A DNA stretch of 64,000 nt from Octopus vulgaris (Eukaryota). The position numbers and the translations under genes were made by a program. The stretch spans positions 46,624,001 to 46,688,000 of the forward strand of contig OX597835.1 in assembly GCA_951406725.2 (NCBI GenBank). Direction: 5' to 3'. Under the pieces are notes generated by a model. That model was not told where the DNA came from, searched no databases, and worked only from the letters and a program-made list of their open reading frames with translations. Position 1 is the first letter of the stretch; every line of letters starts with the position of its first letter. This document shows positions 13,191 to 26,036 of this stretch, piece by piece.

Positions 13191-13371
13191 GTAAGTCCTT
13201 AGTTATCACTTTTATAGAATCATTTTAATGACTGTATTTTAATATATTTTTAATGATGAGAGTGGTGAGCTGGTAGAATTATTAGCACACTGGTCAAGAC
13301 ACTTAGCAGCATTTCATCCGTCTTTAAATTCTGTGTTCAAATTCTACCAAAGTTAAGTTAAGTTAATTTTT

Positions 13372-13602
13372 TGGCTCTAAAAGCAAAAAGCAAGGCCATT
13401 TAGGGGGACATGGAGTTATGTACAGGGAGGGTGTTCATGCAAAGAGTTCAGGCCATTTCTGGTCAAGAGAGACTTTGAACCGAGCGGTCATCGGCATCTC
13501 CACTATCTCGTCCAGCACCTTATTCCACGGATCCGCAACCCGGACGGAGAAAGCCCCTCTCCTTCGATTGAGATGAAATCGTCGCAGATAGAGCTTTTCG
13601 AG
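13372..13602 (-). mobile_element. 3' fragment of a CR1-like LINE nested in a SINE B copy
   Basis: Minus translation ...RRGAFSVRVADPWNKVLDEIVEMPMTARFKVSLDQKW...* matches CR1 C-terminal FS.RV...WN......FK..LD. Confidence 0.7.
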
Positions 13603-14232
13603 TTGACCTTAGCCTTTCATCTTTTCTGAGATCGATCGAATAAGTACCAACTGAGTGTTGGGGTCAATGTAATCGACAAGGCCCTCTCCCTCGAAATTTA
13701 AGCTTTGTGACCAAGATTTGAAGCCAATATATTTATAACGATGATGATGATGGTGGTGGGGAACTGGCAGATTCCTTTAACACACAGAGGAAAATGCTTA
13801 ATGGCCTTTCATCTGTTTTTGCATTCCGAGTTGAAATTCCACTGAGGTTGACTTTACCTTTAATCCTTTTGGGGTAAATAAAATAAGCACCAGTTGAACA
13901 ATAGGGTCGATATAATCAACTTGGTCCCTCCCTTAAAAAACTGCTGGCCTTGTGCTAAAATTTGAAGCCAATATATAGCTATATATATTTCTGCTTCTGT
14001 CCTCTTTCTTGTTACCACTTTCTCCCTCTCTCTCTCTGTCTTTCCCTCTCGCTTCCTTTCTCTCTCTCTCTCTCTCTCTCTCCCTTCCTTTCTTCCGCTC
14101 TCTTTCCCCCTCTCTTCTTTTCACTCTCACTCTTACCCTCTTGTTTCCTTTCTCTCTCTCTCTCTCTCTCTCCATTCCTTTCTTCCTCTCTCTTTCTCCC
14201 CTCTTCTTTTCACTCTCACTCTTTCCCTCTTG

Positions 14233-14273
<41 letters not shown>

Positions 14274-14578
14274 TCACTTTCTAAGTTACTTTGTGACCCT
14301 ATCAGTGCAGGTGCCACTTAAAAAGCAGCCAGTCCACACTCTCAGAGTGGTTGGCATTTGGAAGGGCATCCAGCTGTAAAAGCCATGCCAAAACAGATAC
14401 AAAAGCCTCAAATCTTGCCAGCATGGAAGATAGATGTTAAATAATGATGATGATGATGGTCAACTGCCTGGAATCAAACTCGGAATCTTGGGGTTAGTAG
14501 CCTGTGCTCTTAACCACTATGCCATATGCCCGTGGGCATACCTTCGGAATGAGGACCCAGGTTCGAAATTTCCCCAAG

Positions 14579-14622
14579 ACACCTGATGAAGGCTGAAGGG
14601 TATATCAGCTGAAACATCATGT
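14579..14622 (+). ncRNA. Minimal hammerhead ribozyme motif (degenerate)
   Basis: acac CTGATGA aggctg-aagggtatat-cagct GAAA ca TC atgt. Confidence 0.55.
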
Positions 14623-14767
14623 TAACAACAAACAAGATGAGGACAAATATCTGTCAAATGTAAATAATGTAAATAATGCAAATAATTGCTCATCTCTTAA
14701 ATTTAGAACTGCAGAGTCATTTGTTGTCTTTCATTTTATTGTCTTCTGTTGTTTGCTTTGTCAACAG

Positions 14768-14886
14768 GCTTCAAACCATGAAAGCTTTCCCCAGGTTCAA
14801 CTCCCTATTTCATTCTCCACTAACAAGTTTGCCAGGACAAAGGAGCCAATAGAATGGCAGTACCACACACCTGAAGAAGAAATAAG
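14768..14886 (+). CDS. NADSYN1: NADSYN1 exon: ASNHESFPQVQLPISF...EPIEWQYHTPEEEI(S)
   Basis: AG/GT boundaries; YH.PEEEI motif. Confidence 0.93.
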
Positions 14887-16122
14887 GTGGGCCTTATAAA
14901 TCATTTGCCCTTTTTCTCCTCCCTTTACTGATTTCTAGTCTTTTCTTGACCAAATCTCTGAGAAAGTTCTTTGATTGCATAATTCAGTAATTTTGAAAAA
15001 AAAATGAAGAATTTACAGAGATTGACCCTTTAGCACTCAGATTACTCTGCCAAGCGTGATGCTTATTTATTTATATTGTCCTTAATCCTTTTGAGACACA
15101 CAATGTTTTGGTAGGCAAATCTAAAAGGACCAAAATTTTTTTCCTGTTGAGATACATCTACTGAAAGACCGTCTCTGATTAGCTATTACACCTCAAAACC
15201 AACCATTCACAACGTTTGTTCCATCAGGCCGATGGATTGGCCTCAAAGACCTTTCAGCTTGTATCACTTGGGCTGATCAATCAACCTGGGTGTTCCAGGA
15301 GGGTTAATTAATCATGGATTATCTCACAGTTTCAAGATTTTGATGATGTGATTGTCTATTTTTAGAAGTACATTGTAGGGTAAGTGTGAGAAGCCAGATC
15401 TGGCCAGTTTGGTTCAAATGCTTAAATCAGTAATTCCCAATGTGGGACCATATTCCCCAGCAGTGGGACATGGGATCCAAAACATGTTTCATTTTCTTTT
15501 TTAGTGAGACTTGGAATTGTCAAGATCTTTTCTGGGTTTTTTTCCTAGTAATATATTTTCTTTTTTTATTCTCAGTATTTTCTTTTGTACTCAGTACTTA
15601 ATAAAAGAGTTTTGGTGATAAAACTTTAAAAATAAAGTTGTTTTCCACCCACCAGTGGAGCATACATTTTACTGGAAATTTATAGTGGGGTCTTGGGGAA
15701 AATAGACTGCAAAACACTAGATTAAATAAAATGACCTTTTTTATTAAGCTGGTGTTGGAACATAACCATAAAGTCTTATCCATTAATTGTAATGGAAGGT
15801 TTTAATCGACTCTTTGTATCTTTTATGTTTTACTCGCTTCAATCATTGGATGGCAGCCATGCTGGGGCTTCGGCTGAAATGGTTTAGTCAAGCAAGTTGA
15901 ATGTCTTATTTAATTTATGTTTGGCACTTATTCAGTCAGCCTCTTCTGCTGAACTGTTAAGTTTCATGAACATAAACAAACCCACACTGGTTATCAAGCA
16001 GTGGTAAGGGATAAATGTAAGTGCATACACACACACACACACATGGTGCCCCAGCATAACCACAATCCAATGACTGATATAATTAAAAGAATAATACACA
16101 GACACACACAAGTGTGTGTATG

Positions 16123-16165
<43 letters not shown>

Positions 16166-16626
16166 CGGGAAGCTTTATGAAAATAAACAAAAGACGAAGG
16201 CAGGTGGAAAACAAACGAACAATTGTAGTATGTGTATATATATGTGTGTGTGTGTGTGCATGTATGTATGTGTGTATGTATGTATGTGCATATATATGTA
16301 TATTTATATACACATATATGTGAGTGTGTGTGTGAGAGAGAGAGGCTTCCACACAGTTTCCCCTATCAAATTGACTCACAAGGCATTTGTCTGAACCTGA
16401 GACCATGTGCTTGCAAAGTAAACTGCTTCCTAACTGCCTGGCCATGCCTGTTCCCACTTGCAAAGTTTAACAAAATAAATCAACCGCAATTCTTATTTTT
16501 AATCTGGTGCACATTCCATTCCATCAGTTATTTCCTTTCTTTTTCTGGAATCTGATTATTGATTTTTTTTTTTTTTGTTTTCTTTTGCATTTTTTTTTTT
16601 TAATCTTCATTTGATTTCTAATCCAG

Positions 16627-16778
16627 CTTGGGTCCAGCTTGTTGGCTCTGGGACTATGTGAGACGTTCTGGAATGAATGGATTCTTCTTGCCCCTGAGTG
16701 GGGGAATAGACAGTTCGAGTGTGGCCTGTATAGTGCACTCAATGTGTCGTTTGGTGCACGAAGCAGTCGTCAATAAAG
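16627..16778 (+). CDS. NADSYN1: NADSYN1 exon: [34 protein letters not shown]... (ATP-binding PP-loop)
   Basis: GPACWLWD and SGGIDS motifs; AG/GT. Confidence 0.97.
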
Positions 16779-17124
16779 GTGTGTATTTTATGTTTCGTTT
16801 TATGTGTATTGCAACTTTCAAAAGCAACGTTTGTTCTCTACGAGAATTGTCATAAAAATTTTCAACAAAAGACATCAAAGCTGCTTAACTGGGACAACCA
16901 CATTTTATTACACTGTAGTGTATACATATACATATACATCATCATCATCATCATCATCGATTTAATGTACTTTCTTCCATGCTGATTTGTGTCAGTCAGT
17001 GAGAGACAGCATGGGTAAGCAATGCATTGTAAGCGAAACTATAATTAGCAAAAAAATTTTCTGCACTCTGGTGCCTTCTTTTTCATTATATATACATGTG
17101 CATTTTCACATGCATGTATATATA

Positions 17125-17182
<58 letters not shown>

Positions 17183-17214
17183 GATCAAAATAAAAACATG
17201 ATGCCAAGGATTCA

Positions 17215-17292
17215 GCGGTACATATGTTTCGGGCCTTTATTAGACAGATTTATAACAATGCATAATGTATGTCTGTGGCCTTCTTCAGCCAC
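17215..17292 (-). ncRNA. Type I hammerhead ribozyme motif
   Basis: Minus strand reads gtgg CTGAAGA aggcc...ggccc GAAA catatg TA ccgc; stem I gtgg/ccgc, palindromic stem III ACATATGT. Confidence 0.72.
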
Positions 17293-19083
17293 GCACAACA
17301 GCTTCCACAAGGACATGTGTTACATCAAAAATTCTTGGTTGGGGATACAAATCCTCTCATTCGCGTACGACATAATGCGGCAACAGCATAGAATTGAAGC
17401 ATCCATCTCTTTCTTCTCTCAATGTAGGATGAGGAAATTTGGATGTTGAAGTAATGTAAATAAATAAATACATATATAGACGTGAGGATGGAGGGGCAAG
17501 AATTCAGGACGAGGGATAAAAAATGTATAAAAAGTGTAAGTATAGAAAAATATAAAAATGTAGAGTATAAAGGTATAAAGGGATATAAGGAGATGTAAAG
17601 GGGATATAAAGAATATAAAGAAATATAAAGAAATATAAATGAATGTAAAGGCATAAGGTAAAAATAGAAATAGAAATAAAAGTAAAAAGTAAAAAAATAA
17701 AAATAGGAATAAACATGATAAAAATGTAAAAAAATATAAAGATAAGGGATGTATAGAGGTTACGGACCAAACATGGTGGTCAGGAGATTGATAAAATTTA
17801 GTTGTAGAAGTTTTGGGTGTCAATAAATCAACAGGGTCGTCTGGGGACCTAGTGTGTTGTAAATCAGAGCTGTTGAGCGTTTAATCTAGTTCTTTGAATT
17901 AATTGGTCATCTTGTACATACATACCATCATGGATACATACACCCATATACACGCGCACATATACGCGCGCATGCACGGCTCCAAGCCTATAAGCATACA
18001 CACGCACTCACGTGTAAACATGTACATAAACACACATACATCCACACGCACGCGCGTATATATACATACATACAACAGAATATCCGCATATATACACGGA
18101 CATTATATGTGTACATACCCATACATACATACGTGCGTCCATCCTTACATACACATACACATATGCCCACGCTTCCAGGTTTAGATATAAGATATTAAAG
18201 GATGTATATAAGAACTATGTAAAGAATCACGCACTCACGTCTACATGTGCGCGCACACACGGCTGTGTGTCCATATGTGCGTGCACATATACACTTACAT
18301 ACACACACAGAGACATACGCGCATATGGGTATAGCTATAAGATATTAAAAGATGTATACAAATAGGTGTAAACATATGAATATAAGAAAACATGTAAAAA
18401 AATGTAAAGATATACAGGGTATGCACATCCAGACGTAGGTGTTTACTCGTACATATGTACACATATGTATACGTATACATACGTACACGGACGCTCGTAT
18501 AATCATAAAGCGGATCCATAGGTAAGTAAATAAGGGATAAGCAAAAAGAATAGACATATATAGAGATATAAAGCGATAAGTTAGGGGTAAGAATGAGGGT
18601 AAGAGTAAAAATTAGAAATAAAAGTAAGAAATACAATATAAAATAAGAAATACAATGTAAAAGTTAGAAATGAAATATAAAAATTATAAGAATTAAGATA
18701 AGGGATGAAAATAAAAATGAGAATAAAGGTAAAGCGAAGTAGAATAGGATAAAGCAAAATAAAAGTAAAATATAAAATAAAATAAAAATATAATCTGGTA
18801 AAGTTTAACATGAGATGAAGGTGGCTGAAAGTTAGAGGTGTGTGTTAAAGGTGCCCACGTAGGGGCGGGCGGGGGGAACTGAAAATTGGAAGGGTGGGAA
18901 GTGGAGTTTGGTGGTGTACGTTCAACATCCGAGTTAGAAATGTGAAAGGGTATAGATATAGGGAAATAAAGGGACTATATAGGAAGGATATGGGTGTAGG
19001 AGAAGAAATATGTAGGGAAAAAAAAGACATATATGGGAGACAAAATGTGTATATATAGGAGGAAAATGCAGGGAAACATATAT

Positions 19084-19124
<41 letters not shown>

Positions 19125-19945
19125 CATATGCATACACATATGTGCACATACATATATATACGCACACATATACACGCACCTACGCCACCAAACGGTATAC
19201 ACAGGTGCTTATAATTATCAAGTACTCGCCCCGAATTTCTATATATATATATATATATATTGGAAGTTGTTAGTTTGGGCTAGTCAGAGAGTGACCATTA
19301 GTTTTGCACTTAGAAAGCTTTTTGCTATACTAACAGCAGACTTGTTAGCCAGAGTTACATAACACCTTTACAACTGGAGGAAGGAACACACCACGATTAT
19401 AAACAAAAAAACCCCAGAACAAAATTTTACTGGTGATAAATCTGCATCAGATGAAATTCATGTTGGAAACTTGGAGTGCCCCATTTGCTGACTAGAAAAA
19501 AGCAATTGTCTTAACACTGACCTGTTTTAGATGCAACCCGAACGAATCTAAGGGGGATAACTCCACCTCACCCAGATTTGTTGCCAGTAGAATTTCATTC
19601 AGAGATTTTTTTTTGCTTACAACCTTAAGTGACCAAGACGTGTCCCTTCCTCCTGTTGTAGAGAGGTGATGTACCTCCAGCCAATGAGTCTGATAAGTCA
19701 CCCTTACAGCTAAGCGCTATATAGGTGCAGAACCAATAGTCAATCTGTGACCAGCCACAAACAATCTTTTAATTATTACTGCTCTGATATTTAAGAGTGT
19801 GCTTCTTTTCAGTTATATGAACGGCTGACTGACTGACTGGGGACAGGTTGTCGGCAGTTAAAGTCCTTACCATTCAGCTACATCTGTACCTATCAGCTTC
19901 TTTTTATTTATTTTATTGTGTTATTATTATTTTTTCTTTTTGCAG

Positions 19946-20111
19946 ATGCTACTGTTATTGAAGATCTGAAGAGGGTTTTGAATTCTGACCAGATACCAGA
20001 CACACCGGAAGCACTTGCGAATCAGTTGCTCACCACATGTTACATGGGCTCATCAAACAGCTCAGATGAGACTCAACAGAGAGCCTCAGAACTTGCGGGT
20101 CAAATTGGAAG
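19946..20111 (+). CDS. NADSYN1: NADSYN1 exon: ATVIEDLKRVL...LLTTCYMGSSNSSDETQQRASELAGQIG(S)
   Basis: TCYM..NSS.ET motif; AG/GT. Confidence 0.95.
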
Positions 20112-20694
20112 GTCAGTGCCTACAAGCAAACACATACATTTAGATACACACACACATACACACACAAGCACACACACAAATGTATGCAAACATACGCACA
20201 TATTTTGGGTGTTAATCCTTGCATTGCAATCAGCTTGGTTCCCTGAGGCATTCAGGAAACTTCTATGTGGTCGCTTGACCTGCTAAAACTAGCAGCTAAA
20301 TCTCTCTCATCAGTTTACAATCTGCTGTGCAAACATGTTCAAAGTAGGGGAGAGTATTATGCTGCTTTAGAAACTTGCAATGCAAGGGTTGGTGACAGGA
20401 AGAGCATCCGGCTGTAGAGAATTTGTCTCAGCTGTTTGACCCATGTGAGCATGGAAAAGTAAACATTAAAATGAGAATACACACACATATATATACACGT
20501 ACACATATACACGTACACAAACACACATATGACATGACAGGCTTCTCTCAGTTTCCATCTATAAATCCATTCATAAGGCTTTGGTAGGCCTGACTTATAG
20601 CAGAAGACACTTGCCCATGATGCCACACAGCGGGACTGAACCCCAAACTATGTGGTTGGGAAGCAAACTTCTTACCACACAACCCATGCCTACA

Positions 20695-20747
<53 letters not shown>

Positions 20748-20787
20748 GTATCGGAAGGTTTGGAGATGATGTACAGGTATTATATAT

Positions 20788-20996
20788 TAGAAAAATTGAG
20801 GTAATCAGATCAGATGGTTCATATTTGTAGATATTTATTTATATATTACATTTTTTACATATATATCATATCATTCGGATTAGCGCTTGCTCCCATTCTA
20901 GTGGGTTTTCAAATCAAATCAATTGTGGGTAGTTTGAACCTTTTTATAGTTTCGTAGTAGTGGGTGAGGAAGAAGTGAGACAGAGAGAAAATATGT

Positions 20997-21070
<74 letters not shown>

Positions 21071-21151
21071 ATTTATATCTGAGAGTGAAGAAGTGTTATT
21101 TCCGTTGGTCTGCTGGACGGAAATAACACTTCTTCACTCTCAGATATAAAT

Positions 21152-21227
<76 letters not shown>

Positions 21228-21436
21228 ACATATTTTCTCTCTGTCTCACTTCTTCCTCACCCACTACTACGAAACTATAAAAAGGTTCAAACTACCCACA
21301 ATTGATTTGATTTGAAAACCCACTAGAATGGGAGCAAGCGCTAATCCGAATGATATGATATATATGTAAAAAATGTAATATATAAATAAATATCTACAAA
21401 TATGAACCATCTGATCTGATTACCTCAATTTTTCTA
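20788..21436. repeat. Near-perfect palindrome, arms about 318 bp, 11-nt loop
   Basis: 20788-21105 is the reverse complement of 21117-21436, including (GT)n/(AC)n. Confidence 0.92.
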
Positions 21437-21698
21437 TATATATATATGTATATATATATATATGTACTCAATTTTTGTATTTGGTTTGCAAGATGCTTTA
21501 TGTGAATTCATGTGTTGAAGCATATATTGGAGAGGTTGCAAGAAGCAATGAAAATTTTAGGAAAAAAAATTAAATAAGTAAATGAGTGGAAATCAAACCA
21601 ATGAGTGTGTTAATTAATAAGGCTTTAAGACAGAATGACTCTCCCCAGACAAAACAAGATATATATATATATATATGTATGTATATATGTATATATAT

Positions 21699-22195
21699 AT
21701 TATATAATTAGGGCTTAGTAAAATAAATTACTTTGCCACATACTGAACTTGCTAGAAATAGCAGCCAAAAAAAGTTTTTTTGCCATTTCCACTACTTAAA
21801 GAAAATTTCTCTCAGATAATGTTTACTCAAAATAACTCACGAAGGTATGGAGGTAAAAACAGAAAAATATCACAAGTACAAAGATTATTTGAGAACGTTA
21901 ACGTTTCTAGATTAGCCAAATAAACTCAGCATTTCTTTCGTCAGCTCAACATTTCTTATTTTGGATTTGGAAGCACTAAAAAGAAAGAACATACCCTTTG
22001 GCGACTTATCACCTCAGATGACCCGTTCAGACTGTTTTTACCTCCATACCTTCGTGAGTTATTTTGAGTAAACATTATCTGAGAGAAATTTTCTTTAAGT
22101 AGTGGAAATGGCAAAAAAACTTTTTTTGGCTGCTATTTCTAGCAAGTTCAGTATGTGGCAAAGTAATTTATTTTACTAAGCCCTAATTATATAAT
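21699..22195. repeat. Fold-back element with 164-bp inverted arms and a 169-bp spacer
   Basis: 21699-21862 is the reverse complement of 22032-22195. Confidence 0.9.
21889..21949 (-). ncRNA. Type I hammerhead ribozyme motif in the fold-back spacer
   Basis: Minus strand reads ttgag CTGACGA aaga...tcta GAAA cgttaacg TT ctcaa; 5-bp stem I, palindromic ACGTTAACGT. Confidence 0.65.
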
Positions 22196-22688
22196 GTAAT
22201 ATTTTGAATTCGCCTTAAATGGTCCTTTTACATACTGAATACTTGGTGAAATTGATTAATAACTAATTAATTTTACCCTCAATTGTTGATATGTATATAT
22301 ATATACATAAAAGCACTGGTGCTGTACCACCTAAAAGGCACTTGTGGTGGGGGCCATGTAAATAGCATCTTGTTACACTCTGTAAAGTAAATTGGCATTT
22401 GGAAGGGCATTCAGTTGTCGAAACCAGGCTATGGAACCTGGTGCAGTCCCTGGCCTTTCCAGCTCTTGTCAAGCCATCCGACTCATGTCAGCATGGAAAA
22501 TGGATGTTAAATGATGATGATGAAGATGATGATGGCTTGATAAGCATTATGCAGTTATCATTTGATGTGAGATCTTCATTTAACCAGTCTATCTGGTGAT
22601 GGTTCCCTTGACCATTTAATGGAAAATATTCTGTTATTGTCTGTCATGTATTTAGTTTATTGTCTTTCATAATATTGATATTTTTCAG

Positions 22689-22824
22689 TTACCACCTGAA
22701 AATCAACATCCAGACCATTGTCGACACGATGCTGGCTGTGTTCATAGCTACCATGTCAATGACACCTAAGTTTAAAAAGTTTGGTGGGACTTATCGGGAA
22801 AACCAGGCCTTACAGAATGTTCAG
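22689..22824 (+). CDS. NADSYN1: NADSYN1 exon: YHLKINIQTIVD...GGTYRENQALQNVQ
   Basis: EN.ALQNVQ motif; tttcag/gtaagg. Confidence 0.95.
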
Positions 22825-23941
22825 GTAAGGGACAGAAACTAAACCTTAGGGATATAAGGGACAAAAATTGTTTCAAAGGATGAAAATTGATAGATAAAAA
22901 ATAATTGAGAGCTATCAAGGGTTAAGGATGAAAAATCAGGCAAGGGATAAGAAAATTGTTGAAATGGTTAAAGGGTTAAAAAGGCAATGGGGTGTAGATG
23001 TGGCTGTGTGGGTGAGAAGATTCCTTCCTAACTTCATGGTTTTTAATTCAATCCAGCAGTTGGCACATTAGACAAGACTTGTGACTGACCACTAAAAACA
23101 CTGCATTTTAACATGTATAAGGGACCCTTTTTTGTCAAAAATTAGGTTTAAAAAATATAGGAGTTTCTTATACATGGATAGTATTATAATCTCTTACAAA
23201 ACCGTTTTTCCAAATTTTAAACCCCCAGAAATTAGGGAGTTCCTTATACATGTTAGAATACGGTAATTTCCTTGGTTTGTTCTGAAGTTTGACTATTAAC
23301 GTCAACCTGAGCTATCATAGAAGACACTTGCTTAAGGTGCTGCACTCTGGAATTGAACTCAGAACCGCTCAGCTATTTTTTTCAACATGTTAACCATTCA
23401 TCATTTTCACATTTACCAAGAACTCAACATGCTAACAATTAAATCAACCCGTTCACCTTTAATGGTTAAAACGTAACCATTTACTCAATATGCTAACCAG
23501 TCATCTTATTCAATGTTCACCAGTAACTGAACATGTTCACCATTAATTCATCATATAAATTATTTATTCAACATGGTAAACCAGTGCTTCTCAATGTTGG
23601 CCATATGCTCCACTGGTGGGACCTGAGAAAATTTTGGTAGGGTGTGGGATCCAAAATTTTTTTTGTTTTTTTTTTTCTGGTGAGACCTGGAATTGTGGAA
23701 ATCTTATTTTTTTCACAGCAAACACGCTACACATATATGTTTTTCCAACTAATGATGGAACATACATTTTTTTAGAAACTTACAGTGGAGCCTGTAGGAA
23801 AATAGGCTGGGAAACAGAGTTAGAAAAAATGTTTTAGTGAAAACTCAACATGTTGAGTGTTCATTAAAACATTTCATTCCTTCTTTCTGTAATTATCTTT
23901 GTCCTGCTAATTACAAACCCTTTTTAATCTTTTGAAATCAG

Positions 23942-24048
23942 GCTCGGATCAGGATGGTACTAGCATATTTATTTGCCCAACTGACTCTCTGGGCACGGGG
24001 TAAACCTGGAACTCTCCTCGTCCTTGGTTCAGCAAACATAGACGAAAG
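23942..24048 (+). CDS. NADSYN1: NADSYN1 exon: [35 protein letters not shown](S)
   Basis: [14 protein letters not shown] and LVLGSAN motifs; AG/GT. Confidence 0.97.
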
Positions 24049-24316
24049 GTAAATTTTGAATTTCCCTCTTCTAAAATGTCCATTCTTCAAATTAAACCAT
24101 TTTTATCAGAACAACGGTGGAGTGGCAGCACCTGTAGAGAGAGGAACAGCAAAATACATCGCTGAATTTGGATATGGTTCACGGAGTGGTTGGCGTTAGG
24201 AAGGGCATCCAGCCGTAGAAACACTGCCAGATCTGACTGGGCCTGATGAAGCCTTCCGGCTTCACAGACCCCAGTTGAACCGTCCAACCCATGCTAGCAT
24301 GGAAAACGGACGCTAA

Positions 24317-24348
<32 letters not shown>

Positions 24349-24923
24349 CAAGGTATTCTTTATTGTTTGGGTTGATGTTTCAAAGCTGGATGCTCTTCCT
24401 GTTGCTAACCCTTTCAGTTATCTCTCACAGTATGAAGGGATACAGTGTTGCTATTCTGATAATGAGGATACACACAGTAATAAGAATAATCAGAGCATCG
24501 GGGAAAATGCCTTACAATATAGTTCCGGCTTTTTACATTCTAAGTTTGAATCCCACCTGTATCAATTTTGCCTGTCATTTTTTCTGAGCCGAGAAAATAA
24601 AATACCAGTTAACTACTGGGGCTGATGGTATCAACTAACATGCACCCACTAAAAAAACTGTTGGCTTGGTGCCTAAATAAACCAGAACCAATAACAACAA
24701 CAATAATAATTCTTTGTACTAAAGGCATAAGGTCCGAAATTTGGTGGGAGGGAACTAGTCAATTATATTGACCCCAGTGTGTAACTGGTACTTATTTCAT
24801 CGACCCCAAAAAGGTGAAAGGCAAAGTCGACCTTGGTGGAATTTGAACTCACAACATGAAAACAACCGAAATAATGCCAAGCATTTCACCCGGTCTGCTA
24901 ATGATTCTGGCAGCTCACAGCCT

Positions 24924-25200
24924 TAATAATAATAATAATAATAATAATGATTATAATAATAATGATTATAATGATAATGATAATAATAATGATAATAATA
25001 ATAATAATAATGATAATAATAATAATAATGATAATGATAATAATAATGATAATGATAATAATAATAATGATAATAGTAATAATAATGATAATAATAATAA
25101 TAATGATGATAATAATAATAATGATGATGATGATGATGATGATGATGATAATAATTATAATAGTAATAATAATAATAGCAACAACAACAACAAGAATAAT
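24924..25200. repeat. (AAT/GAT)n trinucleotide microsatellite
   Basis: Seen directly; source of poly-N/poly-I ORFs. Confidence 0.9.
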
Positions 25201-25455
25201 AACGATCCTTTCTACTCTGAGCATAAAGACTGAGGGGAGGGGCTAGTCAATTGCATCAACCCCAGTACTTCACTGGTACCTATTTAGTCAGCCTCCAGAG
25301 AGATGAAAGGCTCAGTTAGCCTCAGTGGAATTTGAAGAATTTGCACTTGGAACTTAAAAGACAAGTGACATACTGCTCAGCATTTTGTTTGGCATGCTAA
25401 CAATTCTCCTTGTTTGCTAGTTTCCTTAATGATGCATTCTTCCCATTTCTTCCAG

Positions 25456-25587
25456 TCTCCGTGGCTACATGACCAAATATGACTGCTCCAGTGCTGACAT
25501 TAACCCCATCGGTGGAATCAATAAGACGGATCTCAGGAAGTTTGTAGAATACTATATGTCTCATATCCAACTGCACACTCTCAAGAA
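25456..25587 (+). CDS. NADSYN1: NADSYN1 exon: [30 protein letters not shown]...
   Basis: [14 protein letters not shown] motif; tccag/gtaagt. Confidence 0.97.
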
Positions 25588-25956
25588 GTAAGTCAGACGA
25601 TTCTTTCCATATTGATACTCTGTTCAACATGTATTCCATCAAACACAAACAATACCAACAACACAACACATCACACTTCCAAAACATTACACTTAGCTAC
25701 CAGTGTACTTTCGTAGTGTTCTACGCTTCCAACAAACTACTCTTACTCTTTACTCTTTTACGTGTTTCAGGCATTTGACTGCGGCCATGCTGGAGCACCG
25801 CCTTTAGTCGATCAAATCGACCCCGGGACTTATTCTTTGTAAGCCCAGTACTTATTCTATTGGTCTCTTTTGCCAAACCGCTAAGTGACGGGGACGTAAA
25901 CATACCGGCATCGGTTGTCAAGCAATGCTAGGGGGACAAACACAGACACACAAACC

Positions 25957-26036
<80 letters not shown>

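Noticed and set aside
24856-25246. Poly-N, poly-I and poly-M ORFs
   Set aside because: (AAT/GAT)n microsatellite inside an intron
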